Source: a virus
Lineage: Duplodnaviria; Caudoviricetes
Length of the DNA: 64,000 bases
IMG/VR virus record: IMGVR_UViG_3300021254_000021
Location: 188,373 to 252,372 of that record
Reading direction: 5' to 3' (one strand)
A program made the position numbers and the translations under genes. The notes under the pieces are model-generated. The model saw nothing but the letters and a program-made list of their open reading frames with translations. It did not search any database and was not told where the DNA came from. Below, in pieces: positions 1 to 9,064 of the stretch (positions are counted from its first letter, which is position 1; the number at the start of each line of letters is the position of its first letter).

Positions 1-4
1 ATCT

Positions 5-1345
5 TTGAGAAAACCCGTAGCCCGCATTGAGGATGAAATAACAGAGATTACACATACCACACACGCATTCTATGATTTGGAAATGAGTATTTTTACTAAG
101 GACAAAACCAAAGTATTTACTTGTCTTAATGAAGTAGAAATATCGCTTAGTGGTGATGATTACAAAGTACAGGTAACTAATAAAAATAAGAAACGTTTAA
201 ATCAGGATAAATTAGATCGTTATTCCTCTTTGGATATGAGGGACGAACCACCTATCCAAAGAGATAAACACCTTCCAGACGATAAACGTTTTGACGATTT
301 AGACATTCCACAGAGAAAGAAAAGAGTGCCTAAACCTAAAGATGGTTATATGATGAATCCTGCTGATCTTAAAGGTAATGACCCAACCATAGCCAATAGA
401 ATTAGAAATTTGGATATGAATAGGTATTCCCGAAAGAATGAAGAAGAATTAAAACTTATTCAACAGCAAGACATTTCAACAGATACCGTTTTAGGACAGA
501 ACCTTGCAAAGACGGCTACGCAGAAATTAGGGAAACAGAATATTGCTACACAACAGCAAGTCTCCCCTTCTATTCAAAAGCAAGCCGATAAAATGTCCTA
601 TGCACAGGCTTATGAATATGTCAATGATGTAAATAAGGCTTGGGAAGATGCAGATCCATATAATCAATTTGCCGATACCATAAAACTTGTAGATCAATGG
701 TATAAACAGGATTCAGCAACACTTATAAATGATTCTCTAATGGGTGCTTTTAAGTATATAGATGATCTTTATAAAGCCTCTGAATTAGCCCGTAAAATAA
801 GTAAATTAGAGGATGATATATCCAAGACAAAATCACGCTCTGAATTAACTAAGTTAAAAAAAGAGCTTGTACAAGTTAGAAAAGAGTTTGATGATACAAT
901 GAGTCTTATTACTGCGGGCAGAGGTAAAATTTCACAAGGTAAAGAAACATTGGATGCCTCTGCTTCTAAACTTGAAGCGAGTTTAGAAGAATACCTAGAT
1001 GATTATATGAGCAATAATGCCTTGTGGAAAACAGTTAAAGGTAAAATGGAAAAGATGGCTAAACAGGTAGAGATGATGGAAGCATTAAAGAATAAGTATG
1101 CTTCTAACTTAGATCTACCGCCTCTTTTGTACAGGTACAAGGATTTAATGGCTACACCTACGCCGTCGATTATAGACATAGAGAGCTTAAAGATAAATGA
1201 TGTCGATGTGCTTTATAAGGCTTGGTATGCTGATATGATGCAGTATCGTAAAACACTTGAGAGTTTTAATGATTCATTCCAAGCTAATTATGATGCTTTA
1301 GCCAGAATACTAGGTGTTAAAGCAAAGACACGTTCCCTATTCTAA
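5..1345 (+). CDS. hypothetical coiled-coil protein (probably 5'-truncated by the window edge)
   Basis: 446-aa ORF, helical/coiled-coil C-terminal half, followed by a hairpin + T-tract. Confidence 0.7.
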   Translation: MRKPVARIEDEITEITHTTHAFYDLEMSIFTKDKTKVFTCLNEVEISLSGDDYKVQVTNKNKKRLNQDKLDRYSSLDMRDEPPIQRDKHLPDDKRFDDLDIPQRKKRVPKPKDGYMMNPADLKGNDPTIANRIRNLDMNRYSRKNEEELKLIQQQDISTDTVLGQNLAKTATQKLGKQNIATQQQVSPSIQKQADKMSYAQAYEYVNDVNKAWEDADPYNQFADTIKLVDQWYKQDSATLINDSLMGAFKYIDDLYKASELARKISKLEDDISKTKSRSELTKLKKELVQVRKEFDDTMSLITAGRGKISQGKETLDASASKLEASLEEYLDDYMSNNALWKTVKGKMEKMAKQVEMMEALKNKYASNLDLPPLLYRYKDLMATPTPSIIDIESLKINDVDVLYKAWYADMMQYRKTLESFNDSFQANYDALARILGVKAKTRSLF

Positions 1346-1435
1346 AAATTTAATTCCTTTCGGTATATAAAGAGAGGCTTACATAAGTCTCTCTTTTTGT
1401 TTTAGAGAGCGCCGTCACATATAATAAAGGAGACT

Positions 1436-2281
1436 ATGATGGACGAGGAAATTAAAGACACTGTTATTGAAGCAGAAACAGAAATTAAAGAGGATCAAAA
1501 AGAAGCACCAAAGGGTGAGGATATTTATGTAGAGAATGATCCCCGTGATTTAGAAAGAATGCTAGGTATTGCACCATCTGATATGGATGAGGATGATACA
1601 GATGAATCCGAAAATGAAGAATCGAATGATGTAAAAGAAAGTGATGGTGATGAAGAAAGTGATGAAGAAAAAGAGGAGATAGAAGATGTAGAGGAAATGG
1701 TTGAGGAAACAAAGCCTATCCTACTTTCCGATTTCATGTATGAGGATAAAGACGCTTTTACTTATCTTAGCCATGATGCAGGATCATACCAAGTACTATC
1801 CATTCCAATGGATGATAAGAAAGGTATTAGACAGGCCGTGAAAAGCTCCGCCTACATTTTCCGTTATCCGAAATTCTTATTAAAAGACAAAGTTTTAGGA
1901 TTTACACAGACGGCAGAGACTACGGATATTCTATACAAAGTCTTTTTCCCAGAATATTCTCTTTCCTTCAAAGTAGATGATAATTACATGAAGTCGTCAT
2001 ACTCTGAATCTTTTAAGGAATATTTTGAGGATTTAGTTACCCGAACACGTCCAAAAGATATAGTTATTGAGAAATACAAATCCTCAATAACCATTAACTC
2101 TTTGAAGGTAATTGAAACAGGTATCTTAGAGGTTTCTACGGATAAGGGTACAAAGCACCTTCTTTTAAAGAATGCTAACGTATCTTTCCACTGTATATTA
2201 GATTATATTAGGGAATTATCAGACCAAGGAGAGGAAACCTTAACATTGAAGCTCCTACCTGAGTTTTTTGTAGAGATATAA
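1436..2281 (+). CDS. hypothetical protein with highly acidic N-terminal region
   Basis: RBS AAGGAG upstream; D/E-rich first ~90 aa. Confidence 0.75.
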   Translation: MMDEEIKDTVIEAETEIKEDQKEAPKGEDIYVENDPRDLERMLGIAPSDMDEDDTDESENEESNDVKESDGDEESDEEKEEIEDVEEMVEETKPILLSDFMYEDKDAFTYLSHDAGSYQVLSIPMDDKKGIRQAVKSSAYIFRYPKFLLKDKVLGFTQTAETTDILYKVFFPEYSLSFKVDDNYMKSSYSESFKEYFEDLVTRTRPKDIVIEKYKSSITINSLKVIETGILEVSTDKGTKHLLLKNANVSFHCILDYIRELSDQGEETLTLKLLPEFFVEI

Positions 2282-2367
2282 TCTACTTAGTAGCTAGATT
2301 CTTATGTGAAGGGTGTTATAAAATACACCCTTTTTCTTTATATTCTCAACAGGAAGGGGAGAGTTTT

Positions 2368-3036
2368 ATGTTAATTGCGGTAGAAGGATTGATAGGTGCA
2401 TCTAAAAGTACAAACAGTCAGGCTTTAGTAGAAGCGGGGGTGTGTGATAAATATATACCAGAGCCAGTGCAGGATAACCCGTATCTTGAGGAGTATTACG
2501 CCTTCCCAAAAGAAACGTCGTTTAAAATGCAAGTTTTTCTTTTAAATGCTCGTTATAAATCCTTTCAAAAAGCACAGTGGGAATCTTTAGGAAATCCAGA
2601 TATTAAAATAGTTGCGGACAGATCTTTTTATGGGGACTTTGCTTTTGCTCGTGTGCAAAAAGAGGAAGGTTTAATGTCTGCTTTGGATTTTCAAACATAC
2701 CAAGACCTTCACCTTACTTATCAAATGTCCCTTTTATTCCCAGAGTTGATTATTTACCTTAAATTATCACCAGAACAGGCTTTAGAGAGAATAAATAATC
2801 GCGGGCGTGGTTGTGAGTCTGGAATATCTTTATCGTATTTAAAAGACTTAAATGAAGCGTATGAGGATTTAATGAATGAGCTATCCCAAAAGACTAATGT
2901 CCTTACAGTGGATGCTTCCCGTTCCAAGTCGGATGTTTTGCAAGACTGCATACAGACTGTAAACAAGGTATATGCTAAGATTCAGGACAATCGAATGAAT
3001 GGGAGATTCGCAGGTTACATGGGCTCTTTTGTGTGA
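2368..3036 (+). CDS. deoxynucleoside kinase (dNK/dAK/dGK family)
   Basis: IAVEGLIGASKST P-loop, DRSFYGD motif, RGR lid. Confidence 0.9.
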   Translation: MLIAVEGLIGASKSTNSQALVEAGVCDKYIPEPVQDNPYLEEYYAFPKETSFKMQVFLLNARYKSFQKAQWESLGNPDIKIVADRSFYGDFAFARVQKEEGLMSALDFQTYQDLHLTYQMSLLFPELIIYLKLSPEQALERINNRGRGCESGISLSYLKDLNEAYEDLMNELSQKTNVLTVDASRSKSDVLQDCIQTVNKVYAKIQDNRMNGRFAGYMGSFV

Positions 3037-3134
3037 TTGCTTTTTTAAGTAGAAATAATAACACTTTTATGGTATATAGGGTTATAGGGAGTGTGGTATT
3101 CCCTATAACCCTTTTCTTTTTGTGCAGGAGTGTT

Positions 3135-3428
3135 ATGATGTCTAAGGCGGATGATTTAAACAGAGGTATTACGCAATGCCTACGAAACATTGAATGGATG
3201 GAAGCTCAACTTTCCTTACTTAGGGTTATGAAGTTCACACAAGCTCAACCTTTTCTGGATCAAATAGGATATAATTGGGCACGAGTCAGAGAGATGCTTT
3301 CTGAGTTAAATTCTTTGGGTATTCGGTATAAGAAGGATAGGACATACTATATATCTAAGCCCGATATAATATCGAAAGTTTGGAATTACACAGAGATGAT
3401 TCAGAAGTCAACTACCCACGGGCTTTAG
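3135..3428 (+). CDS. hypothetical protein
   Basis: RBS AGGAG before ATG 3135; stop codon lies inside the IS-type palindrome at 3407-3441. Confidence 0.6.
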   Translation: MMSKADDLNRGITQCLRNIEWMEAQLSLLRVMKFTQAQPFLDQIGYNWARVREMLSELNSLGIRYKKDRTYYISKPDIISKVWNYTEMIQKSTTHGL

Positions 3429-3441
3429 CCCGTGGGTTTCC
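3407..3441. mobile_element. IS200/IS605-type terminal palindrome remnant
   Basis: GTCAACTACCCACGGGCTTTAGCCCGTGGGTTTCC; same family as the tnpB right end at 52515-52548. Confidence 0.7.
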
Positions 3442-3457
3442 TGCTCACAATTTAGAA

Positions 3458-4975
3458 ATGAAAGTCAGACTTTTAAAAGCAAGTAATCTTTCCATAGCTT
3501 ATAATAAACAACCCATTCTCGCCAACATTTCTTTTGAGATAGAGGAAGGGGAATGGGTTTTGATACAGGGTTTTAATGGAGAGGGCAAGACTACACTAAT
3601 TAAAACCCTGTTAAATCTACATCCTTATGATGGTAGCATTAAGTTAAAAGGAAAAGAGATAAGAGAATACACTATAAACGAATTACACAGGTTATTCTCT
3701 TACTTGCCGCAACGTCTTTCTCATATACCAAATATTACCGTTTCCGATTTCTTATCCTTGTATAATGGTGATAAGGATAGAATTGTACGTAGGTTAAACC
3801 TAGCACATCTACTGGATTCCTCTTTAACGTCGTTATCTTTAGGACAGGTACAGCTTGTTTTGTTTGCACAGGCAGTCTTAGAGGACGCGGAAATTATTAT
3901 TCTGGATGAGCCTTTTTCATCCATAGACAGTGAGAATAAAGAGATTATTTACTCAACCATTAAGGATATGTCTTTAATGGGTAAAACGATTATTCTGGTA
4001 TCGCATGAGGTGGAACGGAATTATCTACCAGACCGTATTATTACGCTTTCAAATAGCAAGTCTTATGACTCCCCCGTTCTGGTAAAACAAAGAGTAAATA
4101 AAGAAATTGAGTGTTTACCTAAGTTGAATACTAAGCCTATTTTAATAGGTTCATTTATCCTAGTTATAATCTCATGTTTCATTCCATCTAATACACCCAT
4201 CTTACTAAGAGTTGTATGGTGTACCATTTCAGGTGGTGTCTTTGCTTTTATTGGGGCAGTTTTACAGCAACTTTATAAAAGAGAGACAGCAACGCCGAAC
4301 ACGTTAGGTATTACATCTTTTAGTATATTAGGTGCAGTTTTACCCTCTTTATTAGGCATAGCTTCATTCTTAATAGATTCACTATTCGCTGTAATATGCG
4401 GGTTAATCAATGGATTATTTTTAGTCAAAAGAAATACAGTAACTTATGGTGTGATAGGCGGGCTAGGTATAGTATTATCCTTATTATTCTACGCTACTAA
4501 TAACCCGTCTTATTTCCATTGGATTATAGGATCTTTTGACATAGACACCTACTTTTCTCTTTTCCTTTTACCATTCATTCTTTTACCATTACTTGTTATT
4601 TATCATTATTCTAATATGATAAATGCTTTAGGAATAGATGCTGATATTGCCAGAGTGCATGGTATTCATCCTAATAGGATACGTTTACTCGCACTAGGTT
4701 TATCCATTATCCCGATAGCGTTGACGGTATCACAAACAGGGTTACTCTTTTTTGTAAGCATGGTTATACCTTTAGCTATAACAAACAGGTATGGTATTTC
4801 TCTACGTAAGACATTACCCTCTATCTTTTTATTAGGGTCTTGTTTTACGTTACTCTCAGACATAGTAACACGTATAATAAACCACTTTACAATCTTAGAG
4901 ACTATAACGTGTGTAACTATGTTTGTTTTAAGCATTCCTTTACTTATTACATTTTCTTTTCTTAGGGGTAAGTGA
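3458..4975 (+). CDS. ABC transporter ATPase fused to FecCD/BtuC-type permease
   Basis: Walker A GFNGEGKTT, signature LSLGQ, Walker B ILDEP, H-loop VSHE; then multi-TM domain with FecCD-like LQQLYKRETATPNTLGI and ALGIDADIARVHGI; start uncertain. Confidence 0.85.
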   Translation: MKVRLLKASNLSIAYNKQPILANISFEIEEGEWVLIQGFNGEGKTTLIKTLLNLHPYDGSIKLKGKEIREYTINELHRLFSYLPQRLSHIPNITVSDFLSLYNGDKDRIVRRLNLAHLLDSSLTSLSLGQVQLVLFAQAVLEDAEIIILDEPFSSIDSENKEIIYSTIKDMSLMGKTIILVSHEVERNYLPDRIITLSNSKSYDSPVLVKQRVNKEIECLPKLNTKPILIGSFILVIISCFIPSNTPILLRVVWCTISGGVFAFIGAVLQQLYKRETATPNTLGITSFSILGAVLPSLLGIASFLIDSLFAVICGLINGLFLVKRNTVTYGVIGGLGIVLSLLFYATNNPSYFHWIIGSFDIDTYFSLFLLPFILLPLLVIYHYSNMINALGIDADIARVHGIHPNRIRLLALGLSIIPIALTVSQTGLLFFVSMVIPLAITNRYGISLRKTLPSIFLLGSCFTLLSDIVTRIINHFTILETITCVTMFVLSIPLLITFSFLRGK

Positions 4976-5244
4976 TGGCGGGTACAAGGTGTATCTATTG
5001 TGGTAGTCCTTCTTTTGGTGTAGGGTGTACAAATTCCCCAAATAAGGTACATAAGCATTCTACGGATGCAACACAGTGTATGTATTGTGGTCAATCTGCG
5101 TATGGTAGTAGTTGCCGATTTTCCCCTAATGGAAAACACGTACACGGACATTGCAAACCAAATGAAATAGGGCGTTGTCGATATTGTGGATCTCCCGCGT
5201 ATGGTAGTTGTGGAATATCTCCAACGCATTACCATGAACACTAA
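4972..5244 (+). CDS. small Cys/His-rich repeat protein (putative metal binding)
   Basis: three repeats of CxYCGxxx(Y/F)GxxCxxSPxxxHxH. Confidence 0.75.
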   Translation: MMAGTRCIYCGSPSFGVGCTNSPNKVHKHSTDATQCMYCGQSAYGSSCRFSPNGKHVHGHCKPNEIGRCRYCGSPAYGSCGISPTHYHEH

Positions 5245-5256
5245 TGAGGAAAGAGA

Positions 5257-5559
5257 ATGATTATCGTAAAAACAATTAGAGAGTTTACAGCCGCTATATC
5301 CCAATTCTTAAAGGATAATAATGAGGAATTTAAAGCCATATTTGACAGGCGCTATGGAATGATGTTTACTTTCCCCGATAAGGTGAATCATGCTGTTATT
5401 CAAATACAGATAGTGGGAGGTAAAAATAAACCGTTTGCTTGTAATCTGTTAGAGAATGGTGAAGTAATAAAGGGGTTTGAGTCAGACTGTTATGGTGACA
5501 TAGAACATGAATTAAAATCCCTTTATGATTTTTTGAAAGATTTTCGTGGAAAAAATTAA
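5257..5559 (+). CDS. hypothetical protein
   Basis: 100-aa ORF with RBS-like GAGG. Confidence 0.65.
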   Translation: MIIVKTIREFTAAISQFLKDNNEEFKAIFDRRYGMMFTFPDKVNHAVIQIQIVGGKNKPFACNLLENGEVIKGFESDCYGDIEHELKSLYDFLKDFRGKN

Positions 5560-5717
5560 AGCTATCAAGTATAAGGAATTGAAACCTCCAATGTGTTTCA
5601 GATACATTGTTTCAGATGGTCTTTGATAATTGAATAATCCTTTTTCTGATCTCATAAATCATCTCCTGTGTGAATGGCAAGGGGTGAATAATCGTGATGA
5701 TTATGATCATCCCGTTT

Positions 5718-5800
5718 GGGTAGGTAGCGAAGTGGCTAAACGCGGCGGGCTGTAAACCCGCTCCCCTACGGGTTCGGTGGTTCAAATCCATCCCTACCCA
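5718..5800 (+). tRNA. tRNA-Tyr(GTA)
   Basis: acceptor GGGTAGG/CCTACCC, anticodon arm GCGGG-CTGTAAA-CCCGC, long variable arm, T-loop TTCAAAT. Confidence 0.95.
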
Positions 5801-5946
5801 TTACCACAATTATGAACGTCGTATCGGGCTAATAGGTTTCCCCTGTGATGCTATCTTGATCTATCGTATCTAATTGTGGTTTAGCCAGATTTCGTGAAGG
5901 AGTAATACTGACAATTAATTGTTATGTACCTAGGAATTTGGCTTTT

Positions 5947-6019
5947 GCACCATTAATTCAGTTGGAAGAATAACTGCCTTCTAAGCAGTAAGTCGCAAGT
6001 TCGAGTCTTGCATGGTGTA
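5947..6019 (+). tRNA. tRNA-Arg(TCT)
   Basis: GCACCAT/ATGGTGT acceptor, ACTGC-CTTCTAA-GCAGT, TTCGAGT T-loop. Confidence 0.93.
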
Positions 6020-6170
6020 TTTTAATCCTTTTTACTTTAAATTATATGCTTTGAGTGCCTTAGTAGGAACAACTAAAGTATCATAGTCTCTATAATTTAG
6101 ATTAATCTAACACTTACTATAAAAGTAAGAAAGGATATTAGGCAGGAAATTGTTAGTGACCTCCACATTT

Positions 6171-6244
6171 TCTGGTTTAGTTCAGTGGTAGAACGCCCAC
6201 TAGACTTGTAGTGAGAGACATCGGTTCGATTCCGATATCCGGAG
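6171..6244 (+). ncRNA. tRNA-like RNA with non-canonical anticodon arm
   Basis: canonical D arm GTTC-AGTGGTA-GAAC and T arm ATCGG-TTCGATT-CCGAT; anticodon arm CACTA-GACTTG-TAGTG lacks a 7-nt loop. Confidence 0.7.
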
Positions 6245-6358
6245 TTACCAATCTTCACCTAATTAATTTAGGTCTGTAAAGCACGCGAATAATTAACTAG
6301 TTAATTATTCTATAAAGTGCAAAAAGAAGGGAAGTAGGAATGCAGTGACCTACTATTT

Positions 6359-6435
6359 AGCGGTGTAGCAGAATAGGTTCATGCGGTGGCCTTATAAGCC
6401 ATGTCATTATGTGGGTTCAACCCCCACCACCGCTA
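6359..6435 (+). tRNA. tRNA-Ile(TAT)
   Basis: AGCGGTG/CACCGCT acceptor, GTGGC-CTTATAA-GCCAT anticodon arm, GTGGG-TTCAACC-CCCAC T arm. Confidence 0.88.
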
Positions 6436-6513
6436 TTGCCGTTGGGATACGACATGTCCGATTTTTGAGGACTAAATAACCCCGATAGCCTGTGTCGTTA
6501 AACAGGCATTTAT

Positions 6514-6600
6514 GGGCGTGTAGTTTAATATGGTAAAACAACTCTCGCGAGGAATATAGAAATATATTCGTAGAAATAGGTTCGAGTCCTGTCACGTCCC
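6514..6600 (+). ncRNA. tRNA-like RNA; anticodon arm replaced by a GAAA-capped hairpin region
   Basis: GGGCGTG/CACGTCC acceptor, D arm, ATAGG-TTCGAGT-CCTGT T arm; middle contains GAATATA-GAAA-TATATTC. Confidence 0.7.
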
Positions 6601-6610
6601 AAGCATCTTA

Positions 6611-6711
6611 TGGGCTGTAGTTTAAAATATGGTAACAGAACACTGATGAGATAGTCACTTTAGATTAATCTAAGGGATCAGAGGTCTTGGGTTCAAATCC
6701 CGGCAGTCAGA
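6611..6711 (+). ncRNA. tRNA-like RNA with ~29-nt expanded anticodon loop
   Basis: D arm, CTGAT/ATCAG anticodon stem enclosing the palindrome TTAGATTAATCTAA, AGGTC variable loop, TTGGG-TTCAAAT-CCCGG T arm. Confidence 0.65.
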
Positions 6712-6860
6712 TTTTTCTATGTATGGTAGAAAAACGTAGAGTGGAAGAGGGGCTTCGTTAATTCCCCTTTCAAGCAATCGAATTATTTATAGATTGAGAT
6801 CTCCTATAAGTAATTGCGGATTGTAATAAGTAACTAAGACCATACAACTTAGTTACTTTT

Positions 6861-7173
6861 GCCAGTGTGGCGAAATTGGTAGTACGCAGCGGACTTGGTT
6901 ATTTGAGCCGTATATCGGGAAACTATATACGGGATGTGGGCTAATTCGGTGAAAGTCTTAGCAAGTAAAGTTGAAGATAACGCCGAGCTAAATCAGGATT
7001 TAATATTCTGTAAATGTGTAGAGAACATATACCCACAACCTAAACACTTAATAGTGCATGGTTAAGACATGTTCCAGACTACAACCCTTATAATAAGGGG
7101 CTATGGAAACATAGAGTAGTAAGAAAATCCGCTTCCCTTTACGGGAGTGTGAGTTCGAGTCTCACCACTGGTA
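6861..7173 (+). tRNA. trnL: tRNA-Leu(TAA) interrupted by a group I intron
   Basis: exon 1 6861-6896 ends GCGGA-CTT, exon 2 7124-7173 starts AAAA-TCCGC, giving loop CTTAAAA; acceptor GCCAGTG/CACTGGT. Confidence 0.92.
6897..7123 (+). ncRNA. group I intron (IC3-like, 227 nt, no ORF)
   Basis: inserted at U^AA of the anticodon, ends in G; TTGAGCC guide region, P3 GTGGG/CCCAC, P7 GAACA/TGTTC, layout parallels the cyanobacterial trnL intron. Confidence 0.88.
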
Positions 7174-7259
7174 TTAGAGAAGAAATAAATAGTGTAAAAA
7201 CTATTTATAAAACCCAGAGTATGATTGGCTTGCCGAACACAGCTCTGGTCTTCTCTTTT

Positions 7260-7347
7260 AGAAGGTTGGCCGAGTGGTCTAAGGCGCACGACTGGAAATC
7301 GTGTAAACCCCTAAAGGGTTTCGTGGGTTCAAATCCCACACCTTCTG
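7260..7347 (+). tRNA. tRNA-Ser(GGA)
   Basis: AGAAGGT/ACCTTCT, CACGA-CTGGAAA-TCGTG, long variable arm, G discriminator. Confidence 0.95.
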
Positions 7348-7681
7348 TTTAGCTTTGTTTAGCACTTTGGGTGCAATATTCCTTAGAGGAATGACAAAGC
7401 TATTTTTGTTTTATGTCCTGTTGTTCTTTTTCGTTAGATCATGGTCTTGCATGATCATAGGCAGACACACCTCATAACTTGTAATGAGGTTTTAGAAATA
7501 CATTTTAATGTATGTGTAGTAAGGGCGTATATGCCTTCCTATTCCGTATGTGATGTCTTTGTAGCACTCATCACAGCTCCTAATACAAGTGGAAAGCCCC
7601 AAGTAATACCGTTATTATTTGGGGCTTTTTCGTATATCTATTAAGGTGTTATTTATTCCTTTTAGCATAAGGATATTTATT

Positions 7682-8182
7682 ATGTTTTTACCTGCAAGAA
7701 AGGCTTGTGCTTTTTATGGTATTTGTATTAGAACTTTGCATAGATGGAGAGATAGTGGTAAGATTAATATAGTTTCGTCACCCTCTGGGAGAGCGCTTTA
7801 TGAATGTGTTATATTAGACGATAATGCCAGAAAGGATTATTGTTACTGCTGTGTAAAGGAAGATTCAGATAAAGCGAATCTTTTAAAACAAGAGGAAGTG
7901 TTGTCAGAACTATATCCTAAATGTACCATACTTAAAGATATAGGGGTTGGGTATGACAGAGAGAAATTTACCTTCCTTGTAGATGAAGTGATAAAGCGTC
8001 ATGTAAGTAAAATCATTGTTATATCTAAAGATATTCTCTTTGATAAAGAGTCCGACTTTGATTTTTTCCAATTCATTCTTAGCAGATGCCAGACTGATAT
8101 TATTATACCGCAAACAAAATTTGGTACGGAAATGGAGAATAAAAAGAAGATTCTATCTATCTTATCGAAACTTGGGAAATAG
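7682..8182 (+). CDS. IS607-type MerR-HTH/serine recombinase homolog, catalytic motif degenerate
   Basis: KACAFYGICIRTLHRWRDSGKI HTH; YCCVK where YxRVS is expected; DIG, KIIVISKD resolvase-like segments. Confidence 0.7.
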   Translation: MFLPARKACAFYGICIRTLHRWRDSGKINIVSSPSGRALYECVILDDNARKDYCYCCVKEDSDKANLLKQEEVLSELYPKCTILKDIGVGYDREKFTFLVDEVIKRHVSKIIVISKDILFDKESDFDFFQFILSRCQTDIIIPQTKFGTEMENKKKILSILSKLGK

Positions 8183-8230
8183 GAATTTCCCAAAGACTAT
8201 AAAAAATAAACACCTCTAAGTATAAAAAGT

Positions 8231-8505
8231 TGTTCTGTGATAAGCAAGCGTGCTTTTCCCCCTAAGAGGGGGTAACAGAATAGTCCGTCATACTTGACAC
8301 ACAATCATGTTTCGCACATGATAGAGCAGATGCACCCTATTACTTGTGGTAGGGCTTTAGAATGAATAATAGGATTGTTATTCAGCATGGTAAGGCCGTA
8401 TAGGGCTTCTCGAAACAACGACAAAGAGAATCTATTCCAGATGGTCATGGATTCTCACTCCTGCACAAGTCGCACCTGTATTGAACAATACAGGTGCTTT
8501 TCTTT
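8231..8505 (+). ncRNA. putative structured ncRNA of unknown class with intrinsic terminator
   Basis: ORF-free run of helices ending in 12-bp terminator GCACCTGTATTG/CAATACAGGTGC + T tract. Confidence 0.5.
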
Positions 8506-8522
8506 TACCAAAAGCGAGCCGA

Positions 8523-8555
8523 AAGCCCACCTGCTTTAGCGGGTGGGTAGTTCAC
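8523..8555 (+). mobile_element. IS200/IS605 right-end palindrome remnant
   Basis: AAGCCCACCTGCTTTAGCGGGTGGGTAGTTCAC, near-identical to the tnpB end at 52515-52548. Confidence 0.75.
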
Positions 8556-8575
8556 CAAATTATTAGAGGTGTATT

Positions 8576-9064
8576 ATGAATGGTTATCCAAGACTGTATA
8601 TTGGCAAGGCGGCACAAGAATTAAAAAAGAGATGCACCTTCCCTGTGTATCAAGTAACAAAGGAAACATTGTCGGAATTTATAGCTTATTATTCCACAAT
8701 ACCAAGTATGAAAAATCCATTGGTTATTGAGGATATAGCCTATCTGCCTTTTGACGCACAATCCAATTTACTTAAATTTATTGAGGATAGTAAATTAAAG
8801 ATTATTCTATTGTCGTCAGAGGATCAGATCATCTCTACCATCCTTTCCAGAATGTCTTTAGTATATAAGATTAAAGAGAATGTATCATCCCAATTCCTAA
8901 CTGTCAAACAGGCGCAAGAAGAATTGGATGATATAGACCAAGATACGTATTATTTAACGTATATAAAGAAAGAGATGCAACTTTCCCCCATCTCATACTA
9001 TTATGACCAATACTTAAAGAATAAGTCGAATAAACAAAAGCTACTGCAACTTATAAGTGACTAA
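8576..9064 (+). CDS. clamp-loader-like (DNA pol III delta'/gamma AAA+ fragment) protein
   Basis: IEDIAYL..AQSNLLKFIE..IILLSS..TILSR pattern; no Walker A seen. Confidence 0.65.
   Translation: MNGYPRLYIGKAAQELKKRCTFPVYQVTKETLSEFIAYYSTIPSMKNPLVIEDIAYLPFDAQSNLLKFIEDSKLKIILLSSEDQIISTILSRMSLVYKIKENVSSQFLTVKQAQEELDDIDQDTYYLTYIKKEMQLSPISYYYDQYLKNKSNKQKLLQLISD

Noticed and set aside
6407-7644. Short ORFs over the tRNA cluster (6407-6595, 7101-7289, 7149-7352, 7441-7644)
   Set aside because: Overlap tRNA genes or lack an RBS; shadow ORFs
8448-8459. 12-nt match TGGATTCTCACT to array 1 spacer 1
   Set aside because: A few 12-mer matches are expected by chance for 15 spacers against 64 kb on two strands; it does not extend
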